Origin: an uncultured Gammaproteobacteria bacterium
GTDB taxonomy: Bacteria > Patescibacteriota > Microgenomatia > Daviesbacterales > UBA10151
DNA length: 64,000 nucleotides
Assembly (NCBI GenBank): GCA_964415615.1
Contig: CAYQAW010000002.1
Coordinates: 1,897-65,896, forward strand
Direction of reading: 5' to 3'
The notes below the pieces were generated by a model. That model was not told where the DNA came from, searched no databases, and saw only the letters and a list, made by a program, of their open reading frames with translations. This document shows, piece after piece, positions 37,334-48,484 of this stretch (its first letter is position 1; each line of letters begins with the position of its first letter). Both the position numbers and the translations under genes were made by a program.

Positions 37334-38737
37334 ATGACAAGCTTAAGAACACCGGAAACACCATTAAATGTTTTTGTCTATGGTAGACCACAAGACCCGC
37401 TTCAGGCAGAAGTGATTGGTGGTTTAAAAGAATCCATGCAGGTACGCGGGGCTGTTTTTCAAGATGAGCCCGACAAGCAAACTAAGTTAATAATAGTTCC
37501 AGCACAATTGGGTAAGGATATACCGCTTCTTAAGCTACCGTATCATACGTTAGGTAAAAGAATTGACAGATATCAAGCAAAAATTGTTAGTTTTGCTACT
37601 ACTCCGCATATTCCTACTGATGTTTCAGAGATAGAATTAGGACATTTAGCTAAAGTGCTTGATATGCGGACAGCACTTAATGTGCTTGGTATACGTATAG
37701 AACTAGGGTATTTGGCTACAGCGCTTGATATTCTGAAGGGGCATAGGGATAGAGAGGAATTAGTCCGGTTGGCAAACGGCAGAGGATTATCTGCTGTAGT
37801 TGCAATGGGATATCCACAAATTCCTCATGTTGGTTGTTCCTATTCGCTTGTTGTAGAGGGTGATCAAAATAGCAGATCTCCACGAACGGCCTACCTTATT
37901 GGTCTTGAACAAAGTCACCCACAAATTGGAACTACCGGGACTTTTTATGAAGATCTTGCTGTTAAATTCGAATCTCAGGCCAGAGATCAGTTGATAATAG
38001 CAAATCATACAAGACGCGATGTTGTTTTACCCCGGGCAATTTATGAAAGATCAATACGTCCAGAGGCCATTATTGCAGCTGGAAAAAAGATGAAAGAATG
38101 GAATATGTATCCTCCAGGGTTCCCCTTTCAGAACTTTACCAGTCCAGATAAGGTGTTATATTATAACCGTTTTCTTCAAGTTACTGGTTTAAGCTATGGT
38201 AATATTAGTATGCGTGCTTCAGATGAAGAAGCAGAATTTGGTGGATTCTGGATGAGTAAATCAGGCGCAAAAAAGGATAGATTGCTTCCTACGGAAGTAT
38301 ATCTTGTTACCGGGTTAATAGAAGGAAAAAATGTTATGGGAAGAGCTCAAATTGAGGGAACAAAACAAGACGGGCGTGTGTCTGTTGATGCAATTGAACT
38401 TCAAAAAATCTTTCAGAAATATCTTAAAGTAGGTGCTACTGCGCATGGACACGAAGGACTTATCAATCCTAAAACTGGTAGACCTTTTACATGGTTTCCA
38501 GGTTATGAGGAGGTTGAGGGTACATTTGTAGTTTGTACTGACGAACAGCATCTTTGTGGTAGTATAGAACTTGGTGAAGTAACGGTTGCTTCTATTGCTA
38601 GATCTCCCGATCCTGCAAAGACTATAGTTCTGCAGAGACGTCATGGATTTCAGGCTCTTGGTCAGGATTTTGATGAGTTATTTGGTCGCTTAGGATCCTT
38701 GCGTCATCTCCTGACTTTAGAAATCCCTCAAGATTAA
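37334..38737 (+). CDS. Protein with C-terminal class II aldolase/adducin-like domain
   Basis: YGNISMR, SKSG, SVDA, HGH, CGS, RRHG motifs. Confidence 0.65.
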   Translation: MTSLRTPETPLNVFVYGRPQDPLQAEVIGGLKESMQVRGAVFQDEPDKQTKLIIVPAQLGKDIPLLKLPYHTLGKRIDRYQAKIVSFATTPHIPTDVSEIELGHLAKVLDMRTALNVLGIRIELGYLATALDILKGHRDREELVRLANGRGLSAVVAMGYPQIPHVGCSYSLVVEGDQNSRSPRTAYLIGLEQSHPQIGTTGTFYEDLAVKFESQARDQLIIANHTRRDVVLPRAIYERSIRPEAIIAAGKKMKEWNMYPPGFPFQNFTSPDKVLYYNRFLQVTGLSYGNISMRASDEEAEFGGFWMSKSGAKKDRLLPTEVYLVTGLIEGKNVMGRAQIEGTKQDGRVSVDAIELQKIFQKYLKVGATAHGHEGLINPKTGRPFTWFPGYEEVEGTFVVCTDEQHLCGSIELGEVTVASIARSPDPAKTIVLQRRHGFQALGQDFDELFGRLGSLRHLLTLEIPQD

Positions 38738-38740
38738 GGG

Positions 38741-38950
38741 CTATATAGGTTTTCCGGCGAGGCCGTACATCAGGAAGTCATTTGCAAAGCCAATTAGCTG
38801 GAATGGCCAGGTAAAAATTACACTATAAAATCCCGGTGATAAAAATGAAAGAAATGACCAGCGGTAATATATGGCAAAGGCCACAGCTATTATAAATCCT
38901 ATCATAAAATAGGCAATAGCTATACCAGATAATATTTTTTCTTTAGACAT
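38741..38950 (-). CDS. Small membrane protein
   Basis: 69 aa hydrophobic ORF adjacent to the gyrA stop. Confidence 0.65.
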   Translation of the reverse strand: MSKEKILSGIAIAYFMIGFIIAVAFAIYYRWSFLSFLSPGFYSVIFTWPFQLIGFANDFLMYGLAGKPI

Positions 38951-41497
38951 CTATGTTTTTTCTTTTGATGCTACTACTGTTGCTGCTGCTACTTTTTCTC
39001 CGGGTCTCACTCTCATTAAAATTACTCCCTGAGTCTGGCGTTGCAGTGTTGGTACTTCTTCGAGGTTCATTTTGATAAGCTGCCCCTTGGTAGAAGTTAA
39101 TACCAAAGTATCCATAGTTTCATTAATTGCCTGAGCTGTCACAATTGGTCCAGTTTTGGCTGTAACCTGTGCTGCTTTCACACCCTGTCCCCCTCTTCCC
39201 TGCTTATTCCAGGCTGAGAAAGGTGTTTTTTTACCTAACCCATTCTCCATAATTACCAGTAATTTGTCTTCATTGTTTGCAACAAGACTTAAAGAAACTA
39301 CCTCATCACCTTTTCCTAACCTTATCCCTCTAACACCAGAAGTATCACGGTGAGTTGGTTTGACTTGAGATTCTGAAAAACGGATTGATTTACCACTTCT
39401 TGCCACAATAATTAAATCGTCTTTGCCACCCGTTGCAGCCACCCAGCCAAGTTCGTCGTCTGGGTCTAATTTAATTGCCACCAAACCGCTTTTTCTGATA
39501 TTGGCGTATTCTGCAAGAGACGTTTTTTTGACAGTGCCTTTTTTGGTACACATAAAGAAAAACTGAGCGCTTTCACCTTTTTGGCGGGTAGTTAAAACTG
39601 CCGTCACTTTTTCTCCCTGTTCAACATTGATTAAGTTGACAATTGCCTGCCCTTTGGCAGCTCTTTGTGTTTCTGGAATTTCCCAAACTTTAATTTGAAA
39701 GACCCTGCCTTTGTCTGTAAAGAATAGAATGCTGTCATGAGTTTGAGTGTAGAAAATATGAGAGACAGCATCAGTTTCTTTGGTAGAAATACCCATTACT
39801 CCCTTGCCTCCTCTGGCTTGAGTCCTAAAAGACATTGGAGCTTGGCGTTTGACATATCCACCTTCAGTAATGGTGGCAATTGTTACTTCATTTGGTACCA
39901 GATCTTCTTCAGAAAACTCTCCTACTTTTTGTTTATAGACCCGGGTTTTTCTGTCGTCTCCATATCTTTCTTTAATTTTGCTAAGTTCCTCTTTGATAAC
40001 TTTTAAGACTTTTTCAGGATGGGTAAGTAAATCTTCCAAATAAGCAATTGTCTCGCGTATCATTGCCAGTTCATCTTCAATTTTTTGACGTTCTAGAGCT
40101 GCTAGTTTTCGCAGTTGCATATCCAAAATAGCCACAGCTTGAATTTCAGTGAACCTAAATTTAGCCATCAGATTGCTTCTGGCAGCATCTGCATCTTTAC
40201 TCTTTTTAATTGTTTCAATAACTGCATCAATTGTATCAACAGCAATTTTTAAGCCTTCCAGGATATGCTCTCTGGCTTTCGCCTCAGCCAACTCAAATTC
40301 TGATCTTTTCCTAACAACTGTTTGCCTGTGATGAATAAATTCTTCTAAGATCCGTTTTAAAGTGAGTAAGTGTGGAACTCCATCTGATAAAGCCACCAAG
40401 TTAACATTGAAAACAGACTGCATGTAAGTGTGCTTATAAAGGTTGTTTAAAAGTGATTGAGGTTTGGCATCCCGTTTTAAATCAAAAACAATTCTGACCA
40501 TCTGTTTGCGGTCAGATTCATCCCGTAAATCTGCAATTCCTTCAATCTTTTTATCTTTTACTAAATCTGCAATTCTAGCAATAAGGGTAGCTTTATTAAC
40601 TTGGTATGGCAGTTCTGAAACAATAATCTGCATTTTGCCTTGGGGGGTTTCATCAATTTCTGCTTTTGCTCTCATGATTATTCTGCTCTTTCCTGTGGCA
40701 TATGCTGCCAAAATTTCTGTTTGATCATAAATAGAAGCGCCTGTGGGAAAATCCGGGCCTTTAATAAATTGCAGGAGATCTTCTACAGTAGCTTCAGATG
40801 AAAAGCTATCAGTTTTCAGTACCGCTTCGCTCTCAGCTGTCAGACTTTCTTGTTTTTCATCTGACGACTGACGACTGATGACTGATGACTGCTTTGTAGG
40901 GTGATCTATCATGTATACGAGAGCATCACAAACCTCCCCTAAATTATGAGGTGGGATTTGTGTAGCCATACCAACAGCAATACCAGAGGCGCCATTTAAA
41001 AGCAGGTTAGGTATAACTGATGGCAGCAGTATAGGTTCTTGGGTAGTACCAGAATAGTTATCAATGAAGGATACGGTGTCTTTATTTATATCCCGTAGTA
41101 ATTCATCAGCAATAGCTGATAGTCTAGCCTCTGTATAACGCATTGCCGCAGGACTGTCTCCATCTATAGACCCATAGTTACCCTGTCCGTCCACTAACAT
41201 ATATCTCATAGAAAAGTTTTGAGCCATTCTAACCATAGCCTCATATACTGGGGCATCACCATGAGGGTGGAAGTTTTTCAATACTTCTCCAACAACAGCT
41301 GCGCTTTTTTGGTAGCGGGAGGTATGATGTAAACCTTGCTCATGCATGGCAAAGATGATTCTTCGCTGGACTGGTTTCAGACCGTCTCTAACATCAGGTA
41401 AGGCGCGGGAGACAATAACAGACATGGCATAGTCCAAATAGGACTTTTGCATTTCTTCTACAATAGGCGCTGGTTGTACTTTTCCAATGTTTGACAT
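38951..41497 (-). CDS. gyrA: DNA gyrase subunit A
   Basis: [25 protein letters not shown], GyrA-box QARGGKG; start taken as MSNIG. Confidence 0.97.
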   Translation of the reverse strand: MSNIGKVQPAPIVEEMQKSYLDYAMSVIVSRALPDVRDGLKPVQRRIIFAMHEQGLHHTSRYQKSAAVVGEVLKNFHPHGDAPVYEAMVRMAQNFSMRYMLVDGQGNYGSIDGDSPAAMRYTEARLSAIADELLRDINKDTVSFIDNYSGTTQEPILLPSVIPNLLLNGASGIAVGMATQIPPHNLGEVCDALVYMIDHPTKQSSVISRQSSDEKQESLTAESEAVLKTDSFSSEATVEDLLQFIKGPDFPTGASIYDQTEILAAYATGKSRIIMRAKAEIDETPQGKMQIIVSELPYQVNKATLIARIADLVKDKKIEGIADLRDESDRKQMVRIVFDLKRDAKPQSLLNNLYKHTYMQSVFNVNLVALSDGVPHLLTLKRILEEFIHHRQTVVRKRSEFELAEAKAREHILEGLKIAVDTIDAVIETIKKSKDADAARSNLMAKFRFTEIQAVAILDMQLRKLAALERQKIEDELAMIRETIAYLEDLLTHPEKVLKVIKEELSKIKERYGDDRKTRVYKQKVGEFSEEDLVPNEVTIATITEGGYVKRQAPMSFRTQARGGKGVMGISTKETDAVSHIFYTQTHDSILFFTDKGRVFQIKVWEIPETQRAAKGQAIVNLINVEQGEKVTAVLTTRQKGESAQFFFMCTKKGTVKKTSLAEYANIRKSGLVAIKLDPDDELGWVAATGGKDDLIIVARSGKSIRFSESQVKPTHRDTSGVRGIRLGKGDEVVSLSLVANNEDKLLVIMENGLGKKTPFSAWNKQGRGGQGVKAAQVTAKTGPIVTAQAINETMDTLVLTSTKGQLIKMNLEEVPTLQRQTQGVILMRVRPGEKVAAATVVASKEKT

Positions 41498-41611
41498 AAA
41501 AGTAATTTGGAAGAAAAAACGAGCTTCCGCTCTGTTCAAATTATACCCTTTCTTATGTTTTAAGACAAGGCTTTTGCGTAAGTTTGTGCGTAGTGATATA
41601 ATCCCCTGTAA

Positions 41612-42235
41612 ATGAGAAATAATGAGCGGTGTTTAGTGATCATACCAATTATACATACTGCTGCCGATATGATGAGTTTGAGATCATCAATTCCCCGCGA
41701 CGAAAAAGACGAGAAATTTGCTCTTGCCCAATGGGGAAAGGTTTTTAGATATCTTCGTCATTGGTCACCAGGATTTTTAAAAGGCCTAAAAGTATACCAG
41801 GATGGGTTGCCTGATTCTTCAGAAGATAATTTGAATAAAATTTTAGCTCAAGCTCAGTCGGGAAACTATGATGTTTTACGATGGTTAAGGATTAATAGCG
41901 CAGTAATAATAGGGACTGAAAGCGTACAGCTTCTTGGGGAGGAATATCAGCTTTTAGCTGATAGGTATCATGCGCCTGATGAAGAGTTGTGGGCGCAGGC
42001 GACCTTAAAATACCTTAGTCGAAGAGATCAACTATTGGCAGACCGTGATGCTTATATTGCTCAAAGAATAGACAGTACCCTGATGCCTGGTGAGGCTGGA
42101 TTGCTTTTCATTGGGTTGGGACATAATATTAAACCGTTATTATCAGACAAAATGAGGCTTAGAGAACCAGGAATGTTTAATCCAGGTAGATTATCAGCAG
42201 AATGGGGAAGGGAGTTAGTATGCCAGAACGTTTAG
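41612..42235 (+). CDS. Hypothetical protein, possibly TraB/ChaN/EreA-like fold
   Basis: [24 protein letters not shown] pattern. Confidence 0.6.
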   Translation: MRNNERCLVIIPIIHTAADMMSLRSSIPRDEKDEKFALAQWGKVFRYLRHWSPGFLKGLKVYQDGLPDSSEDNLNKILAQAQSGNYDVLRWLRINSAVIIGTESVQLLGEEYQLLADRYHAPDEELWAQATLKYLSRRDQLLADRDAYIAQRIDSTLMPGEAGLLFIGLGHNIKPLLSDKMRLREPGMFNPGRLSAEWGRELVCQNV

Positions 42236-42798
42236 CGCCTCTCTCATTAATACAGGTTAATGCAGGGTTTGGCATAGGAGGCATAAGGAGAGAAACTGCA
42301 GGAGGTAATAATGGGTCCGGAAATCCTTGGGAAGAGAGTCCTGGAACAGATTGGGGAAAAACAGTCAAAGGACGTGTTTATGGAGGCTCCGGAAGACCAA
42401 CTGCGGATTATAGGAAAACGGGCACTCCACCATATTTTCCAATAACATGTGAGGAAATGGGTTGGGTGGAAAATGGTAATACTGATGCTGGAAGATTCAG
42501 AGTCTATCTGCAGTTTCATGGTATTGATCTTTCAGAGGCTAGGTTTTTGAAAAGCGGAGAGCATTATCTACGGCCTGCTGGATCTGACAGCGCTGTCTAT
42601 GCCAGGTTGAGAGGTGAGATTCTAGTAATTGCCACATTTGGAGATATCATAGAATGTCAACTGAGAGTTTTAGGACTTCAATCCTATGACAGGTCTTTAG
42701 GGAATTTCCATTTTGGTCAACTATTAAATTATGATCCCAGAAGAATGGGGATTTCGGTAAAGGGTAATTTAGTAGCTGTAGGGTACCCCCGGCCTTAA
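42202..42798 (+). CDS. Hypothetical protein
   Basis: 198 aa ORF overlapping the upstream gene. Confidence 0.5.
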   Translation: MGKGVSMPERLAPLSLIQVNAGFGIGGIRRETAGGNNGSGNPWEESPGTDWGKTVKGRVYGGSGRPTADYRKTGTPPYFPITCEEMGWVENGNTDAGRFRVYLQFHGIDLSEARFLKSGEHYLRPAGSDSAVYARLRGEILVIATFGDIIECQLRVLGLQSYDRSLGNFHFGQLLNYDPRRMGISVKGNLVAVGYPRP

Positions 42799-43377
42799 TT
42801 TTCTGGGCCAATTACGCCAAGCTTCCCTGTCTCTGTATAAAGGAAATTCTTCTTTTTCTACACAATGTAGTTTATTTGGATCAGTAATTAAATCTACAAA
42901 TACTTTTCCATCCAAATGATCAATTTCATGCTGAAAAATCCTTGCCACATAGCCAGAGTATTTTCTAAACTCCCGTTTACACCCCAAGGGTGTAAACTTA
43001 AATGATTGGATTTTGATAGAAGTTGATCTGGAGACTATTCCACAAACTTTGCCTGTGGAATAACATCCTTCATACCATTCCCCTTTTTCTTTAGACTTCC
43101 AAACTATTTTAGGGTTTATAAATATTTTTAAGTTTCCCACTTTTCCCTTACCATCTGCTGCTATATCTACTAAAATAATTCTTTTTAAAATTCCTATTTG
43201 TGGTGCAGCAAGCCCAACCATAATAGGTTTATTCTTCTCTTGCTGTTCTCCAAAAGCCACATTTAGCATTGCTTCTATAATCTTTTTAGTGTCTTTTGAA
43301 TTAATTTCTCCTTGAGGAATTTCTTGGGAGATTTGTGTTAAGCGTGGATCATTTGGTTTTAGAAAGTTTTTCCTCAT
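42769..43377 (-). CDS. def: Peptide deformylase
   Basis: GLAAPQIG, EGCYS, QHEIDHLDG. Confidence 0.95.
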   Translation of the reverse strand: MRKNFLKPNDPRLTQISQEIPQGEINSKDTKKIIEAMLNVAFGEQQEKNKPIMVGLAAPQIGILKRIILVDIAADGKGKVGNLKIFINPKIVWKSKEKGEWYEGCYSTGKVCGIVSRSTSIKIQSFKFTPLGCKREFRKYSGYVARIFQHEIDHLDGKVFVDLITDPNKLHCVEKEEFPLYRDREAWRNWPRKLRPGVPYSY

Positions 43378-44260
43378 AAGCCATATTAACTAATTTATCC
43401 ATGAGTTTAGGAAATGGTATCCCGATTGCTTGGGCTGCTTTAGGAAAAAGAGAGGCAGCTGTAAGCCCTGGGATGGTATTGATTTCTAAAACATGGGGTT
43501 TTTCCTGATGGATAATAAAATCAATTCTGGAGTATTGCCCTAATTTAAAAGCCTGATGTACTTTTAAAGCAATTTGCTGGATAGATTTAGTAAGACTTGC
43601 GTTTACAGAAGGCGCATTTGGAATCTCTTGAGTCTTTCCTGAATATTTATTTTTATAATCAAACCATTTACCAGTGGGAGGAATAATCTCTATTAAAGGC
43701 AGAGCTTTATTATTTAATATTGCAGCAGTTATTTCAGTTCCTGGTAGGAATTTTTCTACAAATAAATCTGAGTTTAGTTCTAGTAATTTTTGACAGTTGG
43801 ATCTCTTTAAATCTTCTACTGTTTGCAAGATTATTACTTCTTTTGATGATCCTCCATTTGAAGCTTTCAAAACAGAGGGAAAGCCAAATTTTAAAATATC
43901 CTTTTTGGTTTTAATTTTTTTCCAGGGAGCAGTCAAAATATTATTTTCATCGCAAAATTTTTTAAAGGGAATTTTATACCACCCTTGCTGAAATCCTTTT
44001 GGATCCCCACCTACAAAAGGCTTGCCTAAAGAAGATAAAAACTTTTGTAGTCTTCCTCCCTCTCCTTCCTCACCATGCAGAACTGGAAAAATTACATCAA
44101 AATCTTTGACTAGCTTTTTAAGTTTTTGTTGGCCTTTCTTTAAATCAAAAAGTTTTGCTTGATGCCCACTGTCTTCCAAACCTTTTTTTACCTGCTTAGC
44201 TGATTTTAAAGATACAGGTCTTTCAGATGATGTACCACCAGTGATTATAAATACTTTCAT
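43349..44260 (-). CDS. ddl: D-alanine-D-alanine ligase
   Basis: GGTSSER, LHGEEGE, FDYKNKY, RIDF, EINTIPG. Confidence 0.95.
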   Translation of the reverse strand: MKVFIITGGTSSERPVSLKSAKQVKKGLEDSGHQAKLFDLKKGQQKLKKLVKDFDVIFPVLHGEEGEGGRLQKFLSSLGKPFVGGDPKGFQQGWYKIPFKKFCDENNILTAPWKKIKTKKDILKFGFPSVLKASNGGSSKEVIILQTVEDLKRSNCQKLLELNSDLFVEKFLPGTEITAAILNNKALPLIEIIPPTGKWFDYKNKYSGKTQEIPNAPSVNASLTKSIQQIALKVHQAFKLGQYSRIDFIIHQEKPHVLEINTIPGLTAASLFPKAAQAIGIPFPKLMDKLVNMAYEEKLSKTK

Positions 44261-45393
44261 AGCAATATCCTTTTTGTGGAAGCAGCCAGAGAAATGAGTA
44301 TATCATATGGAATAGTTTTGCAAGTTTTAGCAACATTTTGAATAGAGTTTGGATCTGACGGACTGTTTGAAAAAACTATTACCTCTTGACCGATTTGAGG
44401 ATTTGGGACTTTAGAAAGATCAATAGAATTAATGTTCATAGAAACTCTGCCCAAAATTTTACAAGAGATATTATTAATGGTTACCCAACCTTTGTTGGAT
44501 AATCTTCTATCTATTCCATCATAATACCCAATTGGTAAAACCCCAACTGTTAAATCTTTTTTAGCAATATAAGTGCCATCATAACCTACTCTATCTCCTT
44601 TTTTAACTTCTTTTATTTGTGCAATTTTAGTTTTTAAGGTTAAAGCTGGTTTTAGTTTTGGATCAAAAGTACTAGAAGAAAATCCATACAAAGCAAGACC
44701 TGCCCTAGCTAAATTAGAAACACTGGCTATAACCGGTCTGGTAGCAGGGTTGATAATAGCTCCTGTAGCAGATATATGAAACCACTTAGGGTTTACTTTT
44801 AATTTTTTGCAAATTTCTTTGGCTTTTTTGAATTGTTTAATTTGGCTTACAAAAATAGGATCTGTTTTACTTTCAGAAGAAGCAAGGTGTGACATCAATC
44901 CTTCCATTTTAATATTTGGTAATTTCTTTAGTTCTTCCAAAAAATGAGGCAAATCTTTAACTGGTACCCCTTCTCTGTGCATGCCAGTATCTACAAAAAT
45001 ATGTATTTTGCAGCCTGGTTGAAATTCATTTAAAACTTTGGCTGAATCCAAATCAAAAACTGCAAAAGAGAAAGGCAGCCTTTTTATTTTCAAATTTTCT
45101 GGATTTGTATATCCCATTACCAAGATTTTGTTTACCACAAAGGTATCTTGTAGTTGGTAAGCTTCATACAAACTATCCACACAAAAGAAAGGGAAATTTA
45201 ATTCATCCAAAACTTTTGCTACATTTTTGGTTCCATGCCCATAACCATTGCTTTTGACCACAGGGGTAATTCTAACTTTCCTGTTGAGGGAAGAAAGGTA
45301 TTTAAAGTTATAAAGCAGATTATTTTTAGAGATCTCAATAACATTGAGTGTTTGATATTCTCTTTTAAAAACTTTAAGTAATCGTTTTAACAT
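44257..45393 (-). CDS. alr: Alanine racemase
   Basis: VVKSNGYGHG, DTGMHREG, GYYDG, GRVSMN. Confidence 0.95.
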   Translation of the reverse strand: MLKRLLKVFKREYQTLNVIEISKNNLLYNFKYLSSLNRKVRITPVVKSNGYGHGTKNVAKVLDELNFPFFCVDSLYEAYQLQDTFVVNKILVMGYTNPENLKIKRLPFSFAVFDLDSAKVLNEFQPGCKIHIFVDTGMHREGVPVKDLPHFLEELKKLPNIKMEGLMSHLASSESKTDPIFVSQIKQFKKAKEICKKLKVNPKWFHISATGAIINPATRPVIASVSNLARAGLALYGFSSSTFDPKLKPALTLKTKIAQIKEVKKGDRVGYDGTYIAKKDLTVGVLPIGYYDGIDRRLSNKGWVTINNISCKILGRVSMNINSIDLSKVPNPQIGQEVIVFSNSPSDPNSIQNVAKTCKTIPYDILISLAASTKRILL

Positions 45394-45496
45394 CTACATC
45401 AGGCAGGGAGAAGTAATTATACTCTAGATAGCTGTTATTTTCTATATTTTGCAACTTGACATTTATTATCAAAACATTATAATAATAATACCGATT

Positions 45497-45778
45497 ATGA
45501 ATACTATTCTACAAATTCCTATTAATAAAAGTTTGCGTGATAAAGCTGCTTCTAAAGCTGCTAAGATGGGTTTTTCTTCTCTTCAAGAAGTTGTTAGGCT
45601 CTTTTTAAATAAAATAGCAGAAGGTGAAGTTAATATAACTTTTCAAGAATCTGTTCAGTTATCACATGAGGCTATTAAGCGTTATAATAAAATGATTGAT
45701 GAAGTGGAGTTAGGTAAAGTAAAGACCAAAACGTTTACAGATGTTACTAGCTTAATGCAGCATCTGAATGAAAATTAA
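45497..45778 (+). CDS. RelB-like antitoxin
   Basis: RHH-like GFSSLQEVVRLFL; upstream of the toxin. Confidence 0.75.
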   Translation: MNTILQIPINKSLRDKAASKAAKMGFSSLQEVVRLFLNKIAEGEVNITFQESVQLSHEAIKRYNKMIDEVELGKVKTKTFTDVTSLMQHLNEN

Positions 45779-46034
45779 ACTTCACCCAAGATTTAAAAAG
45801 TCTTACAAAGTTAGAATTTCCACCAATAAGAAATTAGTTATTCAGGTAGAAGCAAGAATGAATTTATTTAAAACTGATCCCAACAATCCCATTTTGAAGA
45901 ATCATCAATTAGTTGGTGCTAAAAGAAAATTATGCTCATTTTCAATTAGTGGTGATATGCGCATAATATATATGGCAGTAGACCGTGATGAAGTCATCTT
46001 TCTTGATATTGGGTCGCATAATCAAGTGTATTAA
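45768..46034 (+). CDS. RelE/YafQ-family toxin
   Basis: NHQLVG, SFSISGDMRIIY, DIGSHNQVY. Confidence 0.85.
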   Translation: MKIKLHPRFKKSYKVRISTNKKLVIQVEARMNLFKTDPNNPILKNHQLVGAKRKLCSFSISGDMRIIYMAVDRDEVIFLDIGSHNQVY

Positions 46035-46111
46035 TTAGGTTTTTTCTTCCTCATTTATACAATATCTAGTAGATTGACAAATGATCCTCTCTTTCATATT
46101 GTATAGGGGCA

Positions 46112-46639
46112 ATGAATTTGAAATTGACAGCAATCTTGATAGTCTTGGTTGGGGTATTATCAAGGCTTTTACCTCATAATCCAAATATAGTTCCTATTAC
46201 TGCTCTTTGCCTTTTTGGAGGCGCATATTTGCCTAAGAAGTTTGCCTTTTTACCACTTTTGGTGATGTTAATCAGTGATTATTTTATTGGCTTTTATGGT
46301 ACAGATATGTTCTATGTTTATGGCAGTTTTGCTTTAACTGGTTTAATTGGACTTTGGTTAAGAAAGAATAAATCAGCAAAGTTTGTTTTAGGGTCAGCCC
46401 TGCTTTCTTCTATTTTATTTTTCATTATTACCAACTTTGGAGTTTGGGCTCCACCAAATAATTGGTATCCACACACTCTAGATGGTTTGATCCAAAGCTA
46501 TACTATGGCTATTCCCTTTTTCAAAAATAGTTTAATTGGAGATGTAAGTTATTCAGTCCTTTTGTTTGGTGGATATGAACTGCTTCAAAGATTAGCAAAA
46601 AGACATCTTCCAGGAAAATTATTTAATATTACTTTCTGA
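46112..46639 (+). CDS. DUF6580 / ECF S-component-like membrane protein
   Basis: RLLPHNPN, LFFIITNFGVW, YTMAIPF. Confidence 0.75.
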   Translation: MNLKLTAILIVLVGVLSRLLPHNPNIVPITALCLFGGAYLPKKFAFLPLLVMLISDYFIGFYGTDMFYVYGSFALTGLIGLWLRKNKSAKFVLGSALLSSILFFIITNFGVWAPPNNWYPHTLDGLIQSYTMAIPFFKNSLIGDVSYSVLLFGGYELLQRLAKRHLPGKLFNITF

Positions 46640-47110
46640 ATTTCTTTCAATAGGTATAAATTCAGGTGGGTTATCAGATATTACAGGTTTTTTGATCCAT
46701 GGGAATGGAAACATTTGTTTTCCGCAATCTTCTAATTGATACCAGTATTTATTCAGCCCATATTGATTAGTTATATTTAAGCTACTTTTTGGAATAAGAG
46801 GGGCACACAATTCATTAGTATAGGCATATACTTTAAGAAGATAAACAAATGCTAAGAAATAGCCAATAACTAAAGAGATTATTATTAACAAGCTCTTAAA
46901 GAAAAAATTTAATTTTCTTTTTTTTGAAGATACCAATGGTAGGTATTTATTTAAAATAATGTAAGTAGGTATTAAAGTAATTAAAGAAAAAAGAATAGGA
47001 AGTTCGAAATTATTTATTGCATAAGTGTATTCGAGTACCATAATTATTAAGAAAGCCAAGCTAATAGTAACAACAGAATATATTAATGATCTAGTTATAA
47101 ATACTGACAT
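46619..47110 (-). CDS. Hypothetical membrane protein
   Basis: Three TM segments, directly downstream of murD. Confidence 0.6.
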   Translation of the reverse strand: MSVFITRSLIYSVVTISLAFLIIMVLEYTYAINNFELPILFSLITLIPTYIILNKYLPLVSSKKRKLNFFFKSLLIIISLVIGYFLAFVYLLKVYAYTNELCAPLIPKSSLNITNQYGLNKYWYQLEDCGKQMFPFPWIKKPVISDNPPEFIPIERNSESNIK

Positions 47111-47111
47111 A

Positions 47112-48461
47112 TTAATTTATAAATACTTTTTCGACTGCGCTGTTAAATTTCCTTCCCCTATCAAATTCATTTTGGAACAAATTAAAAGAGGTAGCTGCTG
47201 GAGAAAATAGTATCATATCTTCTGGTTGTGCTATTTGTCTTACATCTGTTAGAAGTTTTTCTAAGTTATTGTAAGTTCCTGCGATTTTGTCTGATAGCTG
47301 ATAGCTGATAGCTGATAGCTTTTTTTTTATTTCTTCTGTAGAATCTCCTTCTAGGAAAAAAACTTTTTTAACTGATTTGCTTATTTTCTTTGCATACTCT
47401 GTATAATCCATTCCTTTATTCATCCCCCCACAAATAAGAATAATATTTAGCTTCCCACTTCCGATGTGGGAACGTAAAGCTTTTATGGCTTGAAGTCCTG
47501 ATTCAGGAGAGGTAGCAGCAGTATCATTGTAGATTTTTACCCCATTCCACTCCTTGATAAGTTCCATTCTGAAAGGTATCCCTTTAAATTCAGAAAGAGA
47601 TTTGAGTAATAGGTCTGAATTAATATCAAAGATTTTTCCTAGATTATAGACTGCAGAAATATTTTCTAAATTATGTTCTCCCAAAAGATTAGGATGAAAA
47701 TCTGTTGGTAAATCATTTTTGGAATAGAAAATTATTTGAGCCTTGAAATCTTTTAGAAAATTAGATTGAGTAGTAATTGGGTCGTCTTTTTTTAAGAACA
47801 AAAAGTCTTCTTCTTTTTGATACTTCCCAATTACCTTTTTTGCTTGAATATATTCATCTATTGATTTGTAGTAATTGAGATGGTCTGGGGTAATATTTGT
47901 TATTACTGCCCAGTGGGGAGAAACTTTATGAGCATCAAAAGCTTCCAGTTGAAAAGAAGAAATTTCTAAAACCACTAAAGTATCATTATTAACAAAGGGA
48001 ATAGTATCTAAAACACTTTTGCCAATATTGCCAGCAAAGACTACCCTTCGACTTCGCTCAGGGCCTTCGGCTTTCAAAACTTCATAAATTAAAGAAGAGG
48101 TTGTTGATTTTCCTTTGGTTCCAGTTACTCCAATAATTTGAGATGGTAAAACAGATTGTAAGAATATACCCATATCTGTTTCAACTTTTTTGTTATTTTT
48201 CAGAGCATATTCAATATAAGAATTTCCTGGTTTTACTGCTGGGTTTTTAATAATTAAATCAGCCCAATTAATATCTTCATTTTTATGTTCTCCTAATGTA
48301 TAGGAAATATTTGGGAAATCTCTGAGTTGATCTAAAGAGGGTTGTAATGCTTCTTTGGTTTTTAAATCAGTAACTTTAACCTGGTCTCCTTTTTGGGCAA
48401 AGAATTTAGCAGAGCCCACCCCTCCTTCATTCAAGCCTAAACCAAAGATTAAAACGTTCAT
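47112..48461 (-). CDS. murD: UDP-N-acetylmuramoyl-L-alanine--D-glutamate ligase
   Basis: GVTGTKGKSTT, EISSFQL, PDHLN, FSPAATSF, RGRKF. Confidence 0.95.
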   Translation of the reverse strand: MNVLIFGLGLNEGGVGSAKFFAQKGDQVKVTDLKTKEALQPSLDQLRDFPNISYTLGEHKNEDINWADLIIKNPAVKPGNSYIEYALKNNKKVETDMGIFLQSVLPSQIIGVTGTKGKSTTSSLIYEVLKAEGPERSRRVVFAGNIGKSVLDTIPFVNNDTLVVLEISSFQLEAFDAHKVSPHWAVITNITPDHLNYYKSIDEYIQAKKVIGKYQKEEDFLFLKKDDPITTQSNFLKDFKAQIIFYSKNDLPTDFHPNLLGEHNLENISAVYNLGKIFDINSDLLLKSLSEFKGIPFRMELIKEWNGVKIYNDTAATSPESGLQAIKALRSHIGSGKLNIILICGGMNKGMDYTEYAKKISKSVKKVFFLEGDSTEEIKKKLSAISYQLSDKIAGTYNNLEKLLTDVRQIAQPEDMILFSPAATSFNLFQNEFDRGRKFNSAVEKVFIN

Positions 48462-48484
48462 AATATGCTATTATAGCCTCTTAT

